From positions 413 to 64,412 of the forward strand of contig CALHSW010000076.1 in assembly GCA_938038735.1 (NCBI GenBank): a stretch of 64,000 nucleotides of DNA, read 5' to 3'. The position numbers and the translations under genes are program-made. Below the pieces are notes generated by a model, which saw only the letters and a list, made by a program, of their open reading frames with translations, made no database searches and was not told the DNA's origin. This stretch comes from an uncultured Bacteroidia bacterium. Its GTDB lineage: Bacteria; Bacteroidota; Bacteroidia; Bacteroidales; CAJPTX01. Positions 9,889 to 18,833 of the stretch are shown here, one piece after another (position 1 is the first letter of the stretch; each line of letters opens with the position of its first letter).

Positions 9889-10671
9889 ATGAAAGAGATG
9901 AAAGGGGTGTCGGTGATGCTGCGAGGGGTATGCTTTCTGGTAGCCATGGCTATGGGCATTGCGACGGCGCATGGCGAGGGGGAAGATGCTTTTCTGTTAG
10001 GCAATAAGTTCTACGAGCGAGGTCAATACGACAGTGCAGCGATGGTGTATGAGGCGATACTCACGAGTGGGCAGTACAATGCAGAGGTATACTATAACCT
10101 TGGGAATGCGTACTACCGCCAGGCGCAGTACGCAAAGGCGATACTGAACTATGAGCGAGCGCTGAAGGTTAATCCGAACCATGAGGATGCAGAGGCGAAT
10201 TTAGCGTTGGCGCGTACGTATGCACAGGATAGGCTGACGGTGCCGGTGCAGTGGCCTATAGTCCGTTGGTTCAAGGGGATCCCGCTATGGTTTACTGAGG
10301 CGGGGTGGGGTTGGATTTCTTTGGTGTGCTTCACGTTGGTGGCGGTAGTGCTAGTACTATTTAGGTTCTACGTGGGACGAAATCGCTGGGTGCTGGCGGG
10401 AGTATGCGGGTTGCTATTGCTGGCGGTAGGAGTAATGTCGTTTTCGTTTTCACGAAGGCATCGTGTGTTGATAAATAGGCCAGAGTCGGCGATAGTGATG
10501 CAGTCGGTGGTGTCGGTGAAGAGTTCTCCAGACGCAGCGTCTAAAGATCTTTTTTTGCTACATGCAGGCACAAAGGTGCAGCTGCGGGAGCGTATAGGCG
10601 GCTGGTGGGAGGTGGAGATTCCCGATGGGGCGAGGGGCTGGGTGGAGGAGGGAACGATAGAGGGAATATAG
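9889..10671 (+). CDS. batE: BatE-like TPR + SH3-like domain protein
   Basis: TPR repeats (AEVYYNLGNAYYRQAQYAKAILNYERALKVNPNH), two TM helices, C-terminal SH3b-like WWEVEIPDGARGWV. ATG abuts the batD stop. Confidence 0.82.
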   Translation: MKEMKGVSVMLRGVCFLVAMAMGIATAHGEGEDAFLLGNKFYERGQYDSAAMVYEAILTSGQYNAEVYYNLGNAYYRQAQYAKAILNYERALKVNPNHEDAEANLALARTYAQDRLTVPVQWPIVRWFKGIPLWFTEAGWGWISLVCFTLVAVVLVLFRFYVGRNRWVLAGVCGLLLLAVGVMSFSFSRRHRVLINRPESAIVMQSVVSVKSSPDAASKDLFLLHAGTKVQLRERIGGWWEVEIPDGARGWVEEGTIEGI

Positions 10672-10691
10672 TTGGTTTGTAAAAAAAGTGG

Positions 10692-10725
10692 AGGGGCGGA
10701 CCATTCGGTTCGCCCCTTTTTCTTT
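10692..10725. terminator. Bidirectional intrinsic terminator between the convergent batE and OmpA-family genes
   Basis: 11-bp GC-rich stem (AGGGGCGGACC / GGTTCGCCCCT, one G-U), loop ATTC, T-run downstream and A-run upstream. Confidence 0.75.
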
Positions 10726-10808
10726 CGGTAGAAGATGTGGTTGTTCATCCGCTACGATACTGCCCTCTTACTTCATGCGTTTTTAGTAGCGACCAAAAGT
10801 ACCGCCCA

Positions 10809-12758
10809 CTACAGCTCCATAATTCTGCATTCGGTTCTTCTATTCGCGGCGCGGCCCTTCTCGCTAGCGTTGTCGGCGGCAGGGCGCGTTTGACCATATC
10901 CCACGCATTGTATACGCGAGGGAGAGATGCCGGTATCAACGATATAGCGCTTTACGCTCCGCGCTCGCCTCTCAGAGAGGTCTAGGTTGTAGCTAGGCGT
11001 ACCCGAATTGTCTGTATGCCCCTCAATTTGAATTCTCATGCGAGGGTAGCGGCGCATGGTGGAAACTAGCCGATTCAGCTCGTGGTACGACTCCTTCGCC
11101 AACGTATCGGAGTCAAGCTCAAAGAAGACATTGCGCAGCGTTATCGTGTTGCCAACCTTGATGGGGATCATCTCGAAGCGAAGCTGTAGCGGAGCGGTAG
11201 CATCGTGCATGGCCTTAAAATCAAAATGCTCTGAGTGGTCAAGGTAGCCATCGTGCGAGGCGAAGAGACCGTAGCGTTCGCCCATGGGGAGGCATACAAG
11301 GAAAACCCCGTTGGCATCGGCGATGGGCGACATGAGCGTGTCGCCCGTGGTGAGCGCAATGAGTTGGCACTCGGCGGGGACAAAGTTTTTGGTTTGCTGA
11401 TCTACAGCCTTCGCCCTAACGTAGGAGACTGGTGTTGGGCGCAGCGAGTCGGGGAGTTCAAAGGTATAAAGGTCCAGGCCCCACTCGCTACGCCGGTTGG
11501 AAGCGTAGTAGGCATCTTTGGCGCGAGGCGAGACAATAAGGCCGATGTCATCGTAGGGGGTGTTGATGGGGTAGCCGAGGTTTTGGGGCGTTGTCCATTC
11601 TTTCTTTCCCTTTCTGCGGCTCATGAAAATATCCTGAAGGCCAATGGTGGGGTGCCAATTGCTGGAGAAGTAAAGCGTTTGGTTGTCAAAATGGATGAAT
11701 GGACATTGCTCATCTCCGGGGGTGTTGATGGTGTCGCCGAGGTTTTCGGGGGTAGTCCATCGCCCTTCGGGGAGGAGTGTGGTGCGCCAAATGTCGTAGC
11801 CCCCCTTGCCGCCGCTGCGGTTGCTCGTGAAGTAGAGGGTGTGGCCGTCGGAAGAGATGGAGGGTTGCTTATCGCTGCTATTCGTGAGATTTACTGGGGC
11901 GGGCAGCGCGCGAGGGCGAGACCATTCACCGCTATCGTTCTTATCGGAGTAGTATATATTACATTGGCCCTGGCATTTGGTAAAATACATCCGTTTACCG
12001 TCTGCCGTGATGGATTGTGCCCCCTCGTTGGCATCGGACGATGTGACGGGGTCACCGATGGGCTCAGCCACATTCCACGCCGAGTCAAGTGCGACACGAT
12101 GGGTGATGTAGAGGTCTTCCTGCATGTAGTCACGATTGCGAGAAATAGGCATTCCGGGGAGGGGCATAAGCTTGGTAAAGGTAAGCGTGAGTTCATCGGC
12201 ACTTAGCGATGGGAAGTAGGCATCGTGGATGCTATTTACCGTTGTTGGGAGCGGTTTGGGAGCTATTTTCACAGGGTGGGCCACAGCGTAGCGGGCGAAC
12301 TGCGCGCTGCGTAGCATTTGTTCTGCCTGCATTTTTCGGTAGGGGGGCACGGCTTTGCGGGAAAGGTAGCGTTCAAGCTGGATAATTGCCTGCTCGTGCA
12401 TGCCGGCCTTCAGCGCGCAGCGCCCTGCAAAGAGTCGTGTTAGCGCGAAGAAACTTGAGTCGATTGCATTGGCAGCTAAATTCAGCTCGTAGGCCTTAGA
12501 GTAGTTGCCCAGCTGTTCATGGACTTGCGCCTCGAGTAGGTAAGCCTCAATGAATTGGCTATCCGCCCGCTTAGCGCGGGAAAGGTTGTTAAGTGCAGCA
12601 CCGTAATCGCCAAGTTCAAAGGCGGTTACAGCTTCCTTATAGTTCTCTATCGCTCGCCTGCTTGTGGTGGAGTATTTCCTATTAGGCTGCCCATTCGCCA
12701 CTGCCCACGCAGTGGTAAATGCCATTAGCAGCACTATGAACCTTATCGTGTTTCGCAT
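10809..12758 (-). CDS. OmpA-family outer-membrane/periplasmic protein with N-terminal TPR and TolB-like beta-propeller repeats
   Basis: Start moved to the ATG at 12758, which gives signal peptide MRNTIRFIVLLMAFTTAWAVANG. Repeated YF(T/S)SNR motifs. C-terminal OmpA domain (NVFFELDSDTL...IEGHTDNSGTPSYNLDLSERRARSV). Confidence 0.88.
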   Translation of the reverse strand: MRNTIRFIVLLMAFTTAWAVANGQPNRKYSTTSRRAIENYKEAVTAFELGDYGAALNNLSRAKRADSQFIEAYLLEAQVHEQLGNYSKAYELNLAANAIDSSFFALTRLFAGRCALKAGMHEQAIIQLERYLSRKAVPPYRKMQAEQMLRSAQFARYAVAHPVKIAPKPLPTTVNSIHDAYFPSLSADELTLTFTKLMPLPGMPISRNRDYMQEDLYITHRVALDSAWNVAEPIGDPVTSSDANEGAQSITADGKRMYFTKCQGQCNIYYSDKNDSGEWSRPRALPAPVNLTNSSDKQPSISSDGHTLYFTSNRSGGKGGYDIWRTTLLPEGRWTTPENLGDTINTPGDEQCPFIHFDNQTLYFSSNWHPTIGLQDIFMSRRKGKKEWTTPQNLGYPINTPYDDIGLIVSPRAKDAYYASNRRSEWGLDLYTFELPDSLRPTPVSYVRAKAVDQQTKNFVPAECQLIALTTGDTLMSPIADANGVFLVCLPMGERYGLFASHDGYLDHSEHFDFKAMHDATAPLQLRFEMIPIKVGNTITLRNVFFELDSDTLAKESYHELNRLVSTMRRYPRMRIQIEGHTDNSGTPSYNLDLSERRARSVKRYIVDTGISPSRIQCVGYGQTRPAADNASEKGRAANRRTECRIMEL

Positions 12759-12947
12759 CGCATTTTTTCTGCTCGTCCCGATTGCGAAGGTACAAAATCT
12801 GCTGCGAAAGGCGAAGGATTTAATCAGAACCGTAAATGTATGTTCGTGCGCAGCGAATTGTCCAATGATTGTCAATGGTCTCCGACTTGAGGTACAGTCA
12901 ACAAACGGTAAGCTTTTTCGTTTTCTAACGGTAGGAGTATAGAGTTT

Positions 12948-13775
12948 ATGGGAGCAAAATTGCATTTTACGAAGATGCACGGTGCGGGCAACGATTTTAT
13001 AGTTGTAGAGCCAGTTGCAGCATCGTTCCTAAACCATAATTTCGCAATAGAGGAGAGGCAAGAGCTCATTCGAAGCGTATGCAATAGGCATTTCGGGGTA
13101 GGGGCTGATGGGTTTATGCTGGTCGCATCGGAGCGACACGGGGAAGTGTCAATGGAGTACTACAACGCAGATGGGCATCCCGCCTCGTTTTGTGGCAATG
13201 GAGCGAGGTGCGTAGCCCGATACGCCGTGGAGCATGGGTGGGCCGCGAGTGAAGGGGTAATACACTCCCCCGTGGGGGATGTCTCCTTTCGTATACTGCC
13301 GAGCGGTGATGTCGCTATACACATGCCCAATGCAGCCAAGCCGCGCTTTGATGTGCAACTCGGAGGTTATCTTGTGGACACTGGTGTACTACATTTTGTG
13401 AAAGAGGAACGTTTTTCTGACGATGAGGCATTTTGCGCATGGGCAAAGCCGTTGCGATGGGGTGTGCAGAGAGAGTTAGGAGGGGTGAATGTCAATGCGT
13501 ATTACGTTGAAGAAGGGGAGGTTCACCTACGCACCTACGAGCGGGGCGTGGAGGGGGAGACTCTTGCGTGCGGCACGGGGGCGGTGGCCACGGCGCTATC
13601 CATTGCAGTAGGCAGCGGGGAGGCTGAGGGAAGCGTAACGCTTTACCCTAGAGGAGGAAGGCTCGAGGTGGCGTATGCATTGGACGCTGACGGCAAGAAT
13701 TTTGAACGCATTTGGCTCTCGGGCGGTGCGGAGCGCATCGCGGAGGGCGATTTTTATTACAGGAAAGGTAAATAA
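12948..13775 (+). CDS. dapF: Diaminopimelate epimerase
   Basis: KMHGAGNDFIVV N-terminus and both catalytic Cys contexts (FCGNGARC, LACGTGAVA). Confidence 0.93.
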   Translation: MGAKLHFTKMHGAGNDFIVVEPVAASFLNHNFAIEERQELIRSVCNRHFGVGADGFMLVASERHGEVSMEYYNADGHPASFCGNGARCVARYAVEHGWAASEGVIHSPVGDVSFRILPSGDVAIHMPNAAKPRFDVQLGGYLVDTGVLHFVKEERFSDDEAFCAWAKPLRWGVQRELGGVNVNAYYVEEGEVHLRTYERGVEGETLACGTGAVATALSIAVGSGEAEGSVTLYPRGGRLEVAYALDADGKNFERIWLSGGAERIAEGDFYYRKGK

Positions 13776-13786
13776 CAACGATAGAA

Positions 13787-14947
13787 ATGAGAGTGAAAGG
13801 AAGTAGTGTCCCTGTGTGGCTGGTGGTCGTGCTGTCTGTAGTGTGCGGCATTGGGGGTGGGTACGCAGCGGTGCGAATGCAGCCCAAGGCGTTGCAAACG
13901 GAGATGGGAGGCACAACCAACGATGAGATAATCCAGCGGGCGGCTACTCCTGTCGGGGGGCGGGCAGCCCATGCAGGGGCGTTGCCCTATTTTGTTGATG
14001 CAGCGGCGAAGGCTTCCCCCGCGGTGGTGCATGTGCGCGTGCTGGGGGTGGTGGAGCGTGAAAGCCCATACAGAGGCTCCATCCTTGAATTCTTTTTCGG
14101 TGTTCAGCCCAATGTGCAGCAGCAGGTGCAGGTTTCAGGGTCCGGGGCGGTGATTAGCGCGGATGGGTATATCGTAACCAACTTCCACGTGGTGAAGAAT
14201 GCGCGCGCCATAGAGGCCTCATTGCCCGATAAGCGCAGCTTCGGGGCAAGAGTGGTGGCAGTAGACCCTGCAACGGACCTCGCATTGCTAAAAGTAGAAT
14301 CTGATAAACCGCTGCCGTACATTGAGTTTGGCAACTCCGATAGCCTACGGGTGGGGGAGTGGGTGCTCGCGATAGGGAATCCCTTTGATTTGGAGACAAC
14401 CGTCACCGCGGGCATCGTGAGCGCAACAGCGCGTAATATCAACACGCAGAGCGGTAAGGTCTCGATTGAGTCGCTTATACAGGTGGACGCCGCCGTGAAC
14501 ATGGGTAACAGCGGGGGACCGTTGGTTGACCTTGATGGGCATCTCGTTGGGATTAACACGGCCATCGCTTCGCCTACAGGTGCCTTCGCGGGGTATGCCT
14601 TTAGCATTCCGGAATCTATCGTGACGAAATTCGTGGACGACGTGAAGAAGTACGGAGAGGTTCGGCACGTCGTTTTAGGCGTAAACATAACCAACTTGAA
14701 TTCACAGCTTGCCGATAAGTACGCTGACGGCGACATGCGTGGCGTGTTGGTGGCGGGGGTCTACCAGAATGGACCGGCTGATAGGGCGGGCATACAAGTT
14801 ACGGATATAATACGATCTGTGAATGGGCGCAGCGTCAACTCGGTTACAGAGCTACAGGGGGAGATTAGCCGTTTGGCCCCGGGCGATACAGCTGATATTG
14901 TCATTCTGCGCAATGGGCGAGAGGGTACGTTAAAAGTGCAATTCTAG
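13787..14947 (+). CDS. HtrA/DegP-family (S1C) serine protease with a single PDZ domain
   Basis: N-terminal TM, catalytic GNSGGPLVDLDGHLVGINTAI, TNFHVV His region, C-terminal PDZ-like segment. Confidence 0.88.
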   Translation: MRVKGSSVPVWLVVVLSVVCGIGGGYAAVRMQPKALQTEMGGTTNDEIIQRAATPVGGRAAHAGALPYFVDAAAKASPAVVHVRVLGVVERESPYRGSILEFFFGVQPNVQQQVQVSGSGAVISADGYIVTNFHVVKNARAIEASLPDKRSFGARVVAVDPATDLALLKVESDKPLPYIEFGNSDSLRVGEWVLAIGNPFDLETTVTAGIVSATARNINTQSGKVSIESLIQVDAAVNMGNSGGPLVDLDGHLVGINTAIASPTGAFAGYAFSIPESIVTKFVDDVKKYGEVRHVVLGVNITNLNSQLADKYADGDMRGVLVAGVYQNGPADRAGIQVTDIIRSVNGRSVNSVTELQGEISRLAPGDTADIVILRNGREGTLKVQF

Positions 14948-14960
14948 AAGGATGTAAAGC

Positions 14961-15014
14961 AAGACGAGCGGCGGCAACACCTTTACAAAGTGTTGCCGCC
15001 GCTCGTCTTTTTCA
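14961..15014. terminator. Intrinsic terminator between the convergent htrA-like and apbE genes
   Basis: Perfect 20-bp stem AAGACGAGCGGCGGCAACAC / GTGTTGCCGCCGCTCGTCTT, 9-nt loop, followed by TTTTC. Confidence 0.85.
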
Positions 15015-15022
15015 GTTATCCC

Positions 15023-16045
15023 TTACTGATTCTCTGTTCCCTTAATGCCCGCCGAAGCCCATTGCTTTAGCTCGCCATTGTCAAGGCAAAGAAGCACGCA
15101 CTCAATTCCATCGGTTTCCTCTACAAGCGCCATAGACTTTTCAGGGCCTAGCACCATCATGGCAGTGGCCAGCGCATCGGCAACGGCGCACGTACCAGCC
15201 ACCACCGTTGCGCTCAGTAGGTTGTTACGTTCCGGCATTCCGGTAGTGGGATTGATGGTATGGCCCCATTCCTTCCCATTGGACTCTTGGAATTCTCTGT
15301 AGTTGCCTGATGTGGCAATGCCACCGCTGTCGAGCGTAAAGGTAGTGATGAGCTTTTCGCCAGGCATGTTGCCTTTTTCAGGGGCATCAATGCCTAATCG
15401 CCACGCATCGCCCCGCGGGCTGCTGCCGTAGGTGGCGATTTCACCGCCCACCTCCACCATAGCGGCTGTGCAGCCGCACTGCTGCAGCGCCGCTGCGATA
15501 CGGTCGGAAGCGTAGCCCTTGGCCATGGCGTTGAGCGTTAGCTCCACGCGTGGGTCATCTTTAAACACCGTGTCACCGCTTACGCGGATATGTTTGTAGC
15601 CCGTGTAGGTGCGCGCGGCGGCAAGTGCTGCGGTATCTACAGCTTTGAATTGGTCTGCACCGAATCCCCACAGCCGCGCCAAGGCTCCAACTGTGGGGTC
15701 GTAGGCCCCCTGCGTCAGTTCACTCATACGCTGCGAGAGGGAGAGGAGGGCAGCAAACTCGGCGTTGACAACGTACTCCTTAGCGCGGTTAAAATGGGAT
15801 ATTACGGTGCTGCTGTCGTAGATAGAGAACAGGTAGTTCACCGCGCTAAAGGTTGAGTCTATGGTCTGTTGCACAACAGAATCCGCCATTGAAGAGGCAA
15901 CGGTGATGCTGTAGTACGTGCCTAGAGCTTTACCAGCAAAGCGGCTGTACTTCACGTTTCCGTTGGAAGAACAGCCCCCGAATACCAAAAGAACGCTAGC
16001 AATGCAAATGGTCAATAGCGGGTGTATATAATCTTTACTGCGCAT
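15023..16045 (-). CDS. apbE: FAD:protein FMN transferase (ApbE family lipoprotein)
   Basis: Lipobox-like VFGGCSS. ApbE-like regions (MGTYYSITV-type start, GIATSGNY, ADALATA). Confidence 0.88.
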   Translation of the reverse strand: MRSKDYIHPLLTICIASVLLVFGGCSSNGNVKYSRFAGKALGTYYSITVASSMADSVVQQTIDSTFSAVNYLFSIYDSSTVISHFNRAKEYVVNAEFAALLSLSQRMSELTQGAYDPTVGALARLWGFGADQFKAVDTAALAAARTYTGYKHIRVSGDTVFKDDPRVELTLNAMAKGYASDRIAAALQQCGCTAAMVEVGGEIATYGSSPRGDAWRLGIDAPEKGNMPGEKLITTFTLDSGGIATSGNYREFQESNGKEWGHTINPTTGMPERNNLLSATVVAGTCAVADALATAMMVLGPEKSMALVEETDGIECVLLCLDNGELKQWASAGIKGTENQ

Positions 16046-17135
16046 CGTGTTTAATGTTAAAGGGAACTAGAATAGGATTATGGTCGGAGTAGTCGCACGG
16101 AACGACCATGTAGTCAAGCGCGGAGAGGGAGTCGGAGTGCAGAATGTAGTCGATCCGAAAGGAGGGGAATATGTCCTTATAGGTAGACCCGAAGCCGTCC
16201 CCAGCTTCCTGGAAGGCATCACGTAGGTCGCCCCGCATGTGTCGATAGGTAAACGAGATAGGGGAGTCGTTGAAATCGCCGCACACGATGACAGGGTATG
16301 GCGATCTATCGATGTGCGCCCGCACCTGCAACACCTGCACCGCGCGCTTCTCCACCGCTTCTCGTATTCGGGTGAACAAATCTATAACCTCGCCCATGCG
16401 CTCTTTACCCTTACGGAAATCGGGATTTTTGATGAATTCAAGGTTCCTCCTATTGAGACGATACGACTGGAGATGGGTGTTGTAAACCCTAATGGTATCA
16501 TTTCCGATTAGCAAATCCGTAAAGATAGAGGCGTTGGCCGACCCTTCAAAGTGGATTTCGCCGCTCGCTACGATGGGGAAACGCGAGAAAGTGGCAATGC
16601 CAAATCCTGAGTTGCTCGTGGTGGAGATGTAGTGAATGTGGGCGGTGTCGCCAAAGAGGATGCGTGCGTCCTCCTCGGTGAAATCTTTTGTATTCGTGTA
16701 GAATTCCTGCAAACAGAGAATGTCAACACGAGATTTGTGGGTAAGCTCCTCGATGGAGTCCATGGTGGGAGGTTTATTGCTCCAGGAGTAGAGGCGAAAG
16801 AGGTTGACATTCATACTCATCACCGTGAATTCCCGGTCGCCATTGTAGGGGGGGGAGGGGAGTCTGAAGCGAAAGAAATTCATCATGAGCGGAATGCCCG
16901 CGACGAGTACTACCCCTGAAATAAGAACCCACCACTTCCACCGAATGATCCACAGCACCAAAAAGACGAGGTTAATGGCGAGCAGCAAGGGGTAGATGAC
17001 CCCGAAGGCCGTCAGCGGCCAAAAATCTGCTGGATTTACGAAGGGGGCGGCGTAGCTTAGCAGCAGCATTGAGGCCGCTAAGCAGTTGATGACGATAATT
17101 ATGATTCTGACAATTTTTCTCAATCGTTTCATCAA
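16035..17135 (-). CDS. Endonuclease/exonuclease/phosphatase (EEP) family membrane-anchored protein
   Basis: Three N-terminal TM helices, then EEP motifs (FTVMSMNV, LCLQE, CGDFN, SDHNPI). Overlaps apbE by 11 nt. Confidence 0.85.
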   Translation of the reverse strand: MMKRLRKIVRIIIIVINCLAASMLLLSYAAPFVNPADFWPLTAFGVIYPLLLAINLVFLVLWIIRWKWWVLISGVVLVAGIPLMMNFFRFRLPSPPYNGDREFTVMSMNVNLFRLYSWSNKPPTMDSIEELTHKSRVDILCLQEFYTNTKDFTEEDARILFGDTAHIHYISTTSNSGFGIATFSRFPIVASGEIHFEGSANASIFTDLLIGNDTIRVYNTHLQSYRLNRRNLEFIKNPDFRKGKERMGEVIDLFTRIREAVEKRAVQVLQVRAHIDRSPYPVIVCGDFNDSPISFTYRHMRGDLRDAFQEAGDGFGSTYKDIFPSFRIDYILHSDSLSALDYMVVPCDYSDHNPILVPFNIKHDAQ

Positions 17136-18043
17136 CGCCTATGGTTAAAGAGGAATTCCTTCTCCTCGGTGGTCAACGCCCCGTAGCCGCCCTTGGCAAG
17201 CTTGTCAAGGATGGCCTTGAGCTGCTTCTCATCTTGCTCCTGATGCTGCGAAGCCGAGTTCTGAGATGAAGATGTCGCGTTCGCGTACTGCTTACGCTTC
17301 CGATTCTCACTGCCTTTTCCCTTGAAAGAAAACGTTTTGTGGGTACGTTGGTGCGGGCGTTTTTTGCCCCTTATTCTTTTCAAGAAACGCAGGGTTGGCC
17401 CGTAGAGCAAGCCGACGGCTGCGCCTCCGATATGCGCAATGTGTCCGCCTGCATTTGCACCCGTAACGCTCAGCAGGTCAATGGCCACCACAATGATGGC
17501 GAAGTAGCGAAGCTCGAGCCTTACTAACGCCCAAATGTATACCTTCTCCCGCGGCCTCTGCATGGTGATGGCTAGCATTACGGCCATTGCTGCCCCCGAT
17601 GCCCCGAGGATATAGGATATTGAGGCAGCTCCGTGGAAGTATGGAAACACCGCGTAGGCAAGCATGCAGAGCAGATTCCCGATAATGCCTCCGAGGAGGT
17701 ACACCCTCAGCAGTTCCCGCGCCGAGTAGTGTTGCAGGAATAGGCGACCGAAGAACCATAGCCATATCATATTGAAAAGGATGTGCCATACCCCTTCGTG
17801 GAAAAAGATGGAGGTTACCAAGGTCCATGGTGCTAAAAGCAGACGGGAGAAATCGGTGGGCATGGCGAGCAGCCGAAACGGCATGCGGGAGGCAGACCCA
17901 AAGAGAATTAGCGATTTGTCAACAATATTGTAGACTAAAAAAATGGCAAGGTTAATGCCGATAAGCCATACCAGCATGGGCGGGAAATTATTTTTCCTCG
18001 CCCATGAGTTCACCTTATACGTAGTATTGTCGAATAGAGCCAT
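17132..18043 (-). CDS. Rhomboid-family intramembrane serine protease (second copy) with a polar C-terminal extension
   Basis: GASGAAMAV catalytic Ser context and HIGGAAVGLLYG His context. Start set to the ATG at 18043 to limit overlap with the upstream gene; the track start is 18112. Confidence 0.8.
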   Translation of the reverse strand: MALFDNTTYKVNSWARKNNFPPMLVWLIGINLAIFLVYNIVDKSLILFGSASRMPFRLLAMPTDFSRLLLAPWTLVTSIFFHEGVWHILFNMIWLWFFGRLFLQHYSARELLRVYLLGGIIGNLLCMLAYAVFPYFHGAASISYILGASGAAMAVMLAITMQRPREKVYIWALVRLELRYFAIIVVAIDLLSVTGANAGGHIAHIGGAAVGLLYGPTLRFLKRIRGKKRPHQRTHKTFSFKGKGSENRKRKQYANATSSSQNSASQHQEQDEKQLKAILDKLAKGGYGALTTEEKEFLFNHRR

Positions 18044-18821
18044 TGCGTTTCCAGTAGCGTAGGAGTAGATAGCCGAAGAGCATGCCGCCAACGTGCGCAA
18101 AGTGCGCCACACCGCTGCCCGGCTGCATAAATCCTAGGTAAACCTCGATGAGACCAAATATGATTACAAACCATTTTGCCTTGATGGGTATCGGCGGAAA
18201 GAGCAGAAAAATCCGCACGTTGGGGAATAGCACCCCAAAGGCCAACAGAATTCCATAGACCGCGCCAGATGCACCTACGGTCGGTATGTCCATCACCCGA
18301 TGGATGCACTGGTACATAATGGTGCCACCCGTGGAGGCATCCGTAACGGTGCTCGCCGGCACGTTCAGCATGTTAGGAAAATAGTTATCCATGAACGCCG
18401 CGAATGCCTCGGGGGAAAAGTTTAGCATCACCTCATTGGCGGCGCGCTGCATGGGGTAAATTTGTAGGAACAGAACGAATAGATGCAGCGACATAGCTCC
18501 TAGGCCCGTGAAGAGGTAGTAGAACAAGAAGCGTTTGCTGCCGAACGCATGCTCCAGCGTGCGGCCGAACATCCAAAGAGCAAACATGTTGAAGAACAGA
18601 TGCGATAGGCCCGAGTGCATAAGCATGTAGCTGACGAGCTGCCACGGTCTAAAGTATTCGCTCTCTGGGTAGTGCAGCCCTAGGAGTTCAATGAGGTCAA
18701 AGTGGAATACGCGGCTGGCCGTATAGGTGGCGACCAGCATGACCACGTTGATGATGATTAAATTGCTCATCACGGGTGTCTGGCGCATGAAATCCGGTTG
18801 ACTAGAAGTGAAGCTTGACAT
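18015..18821 (-). CDS. Rhomboid-family intramembrane serine protease (first copy)
   Basis: HLFFNMFALWMFG, GASGAVYGILLAFG (GxSG), HVGGMLFGYL. Confidence 0.88.
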   Translation of the reverse strand: MSSFTSSQPDFMRQTPVMSNLIIINVVMLVATYTASRVFHFDLIELLGLHYPESEYFRPWQLVSYMLMHSGLSHLFFNMFALWMFGRTLEHAFGSKRFLFYYLFTGLGAMSLHLFVLFLQIYPMQRAANEVMLNFSPEAFAAFMDNYFPNMLNVPASTVTDASTGGTIMYQCIHRVMDIPTVGASGAVYGILLAFGVLFPNVRIFLLFPPIPIKAKWFVIIFGLIEVYLGFMQPGSGVAHFAHVGGMLFGYLLLRYWKRNGSIRQYYV

Positions 18822-18833
18822 CTGTTTTGTTTT

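Noticed and set aside
11235-12206. A 323-aa plus-strand ORF
   Set aside because: It is entirely antisense to the well-supported OmpA/TolB-like gene. Its Gly/Val/Ala-rich composition is typical of antisense frames in GC-rich genes.
10809-12980. The 723-aa version of the OmpA-family ORF, which overlaps the dapF start
   Set aside because: The first 74 residues lack a signal peptide and overlap divergent dapF. The ATG at 12758 gives a canonical signal peptide.
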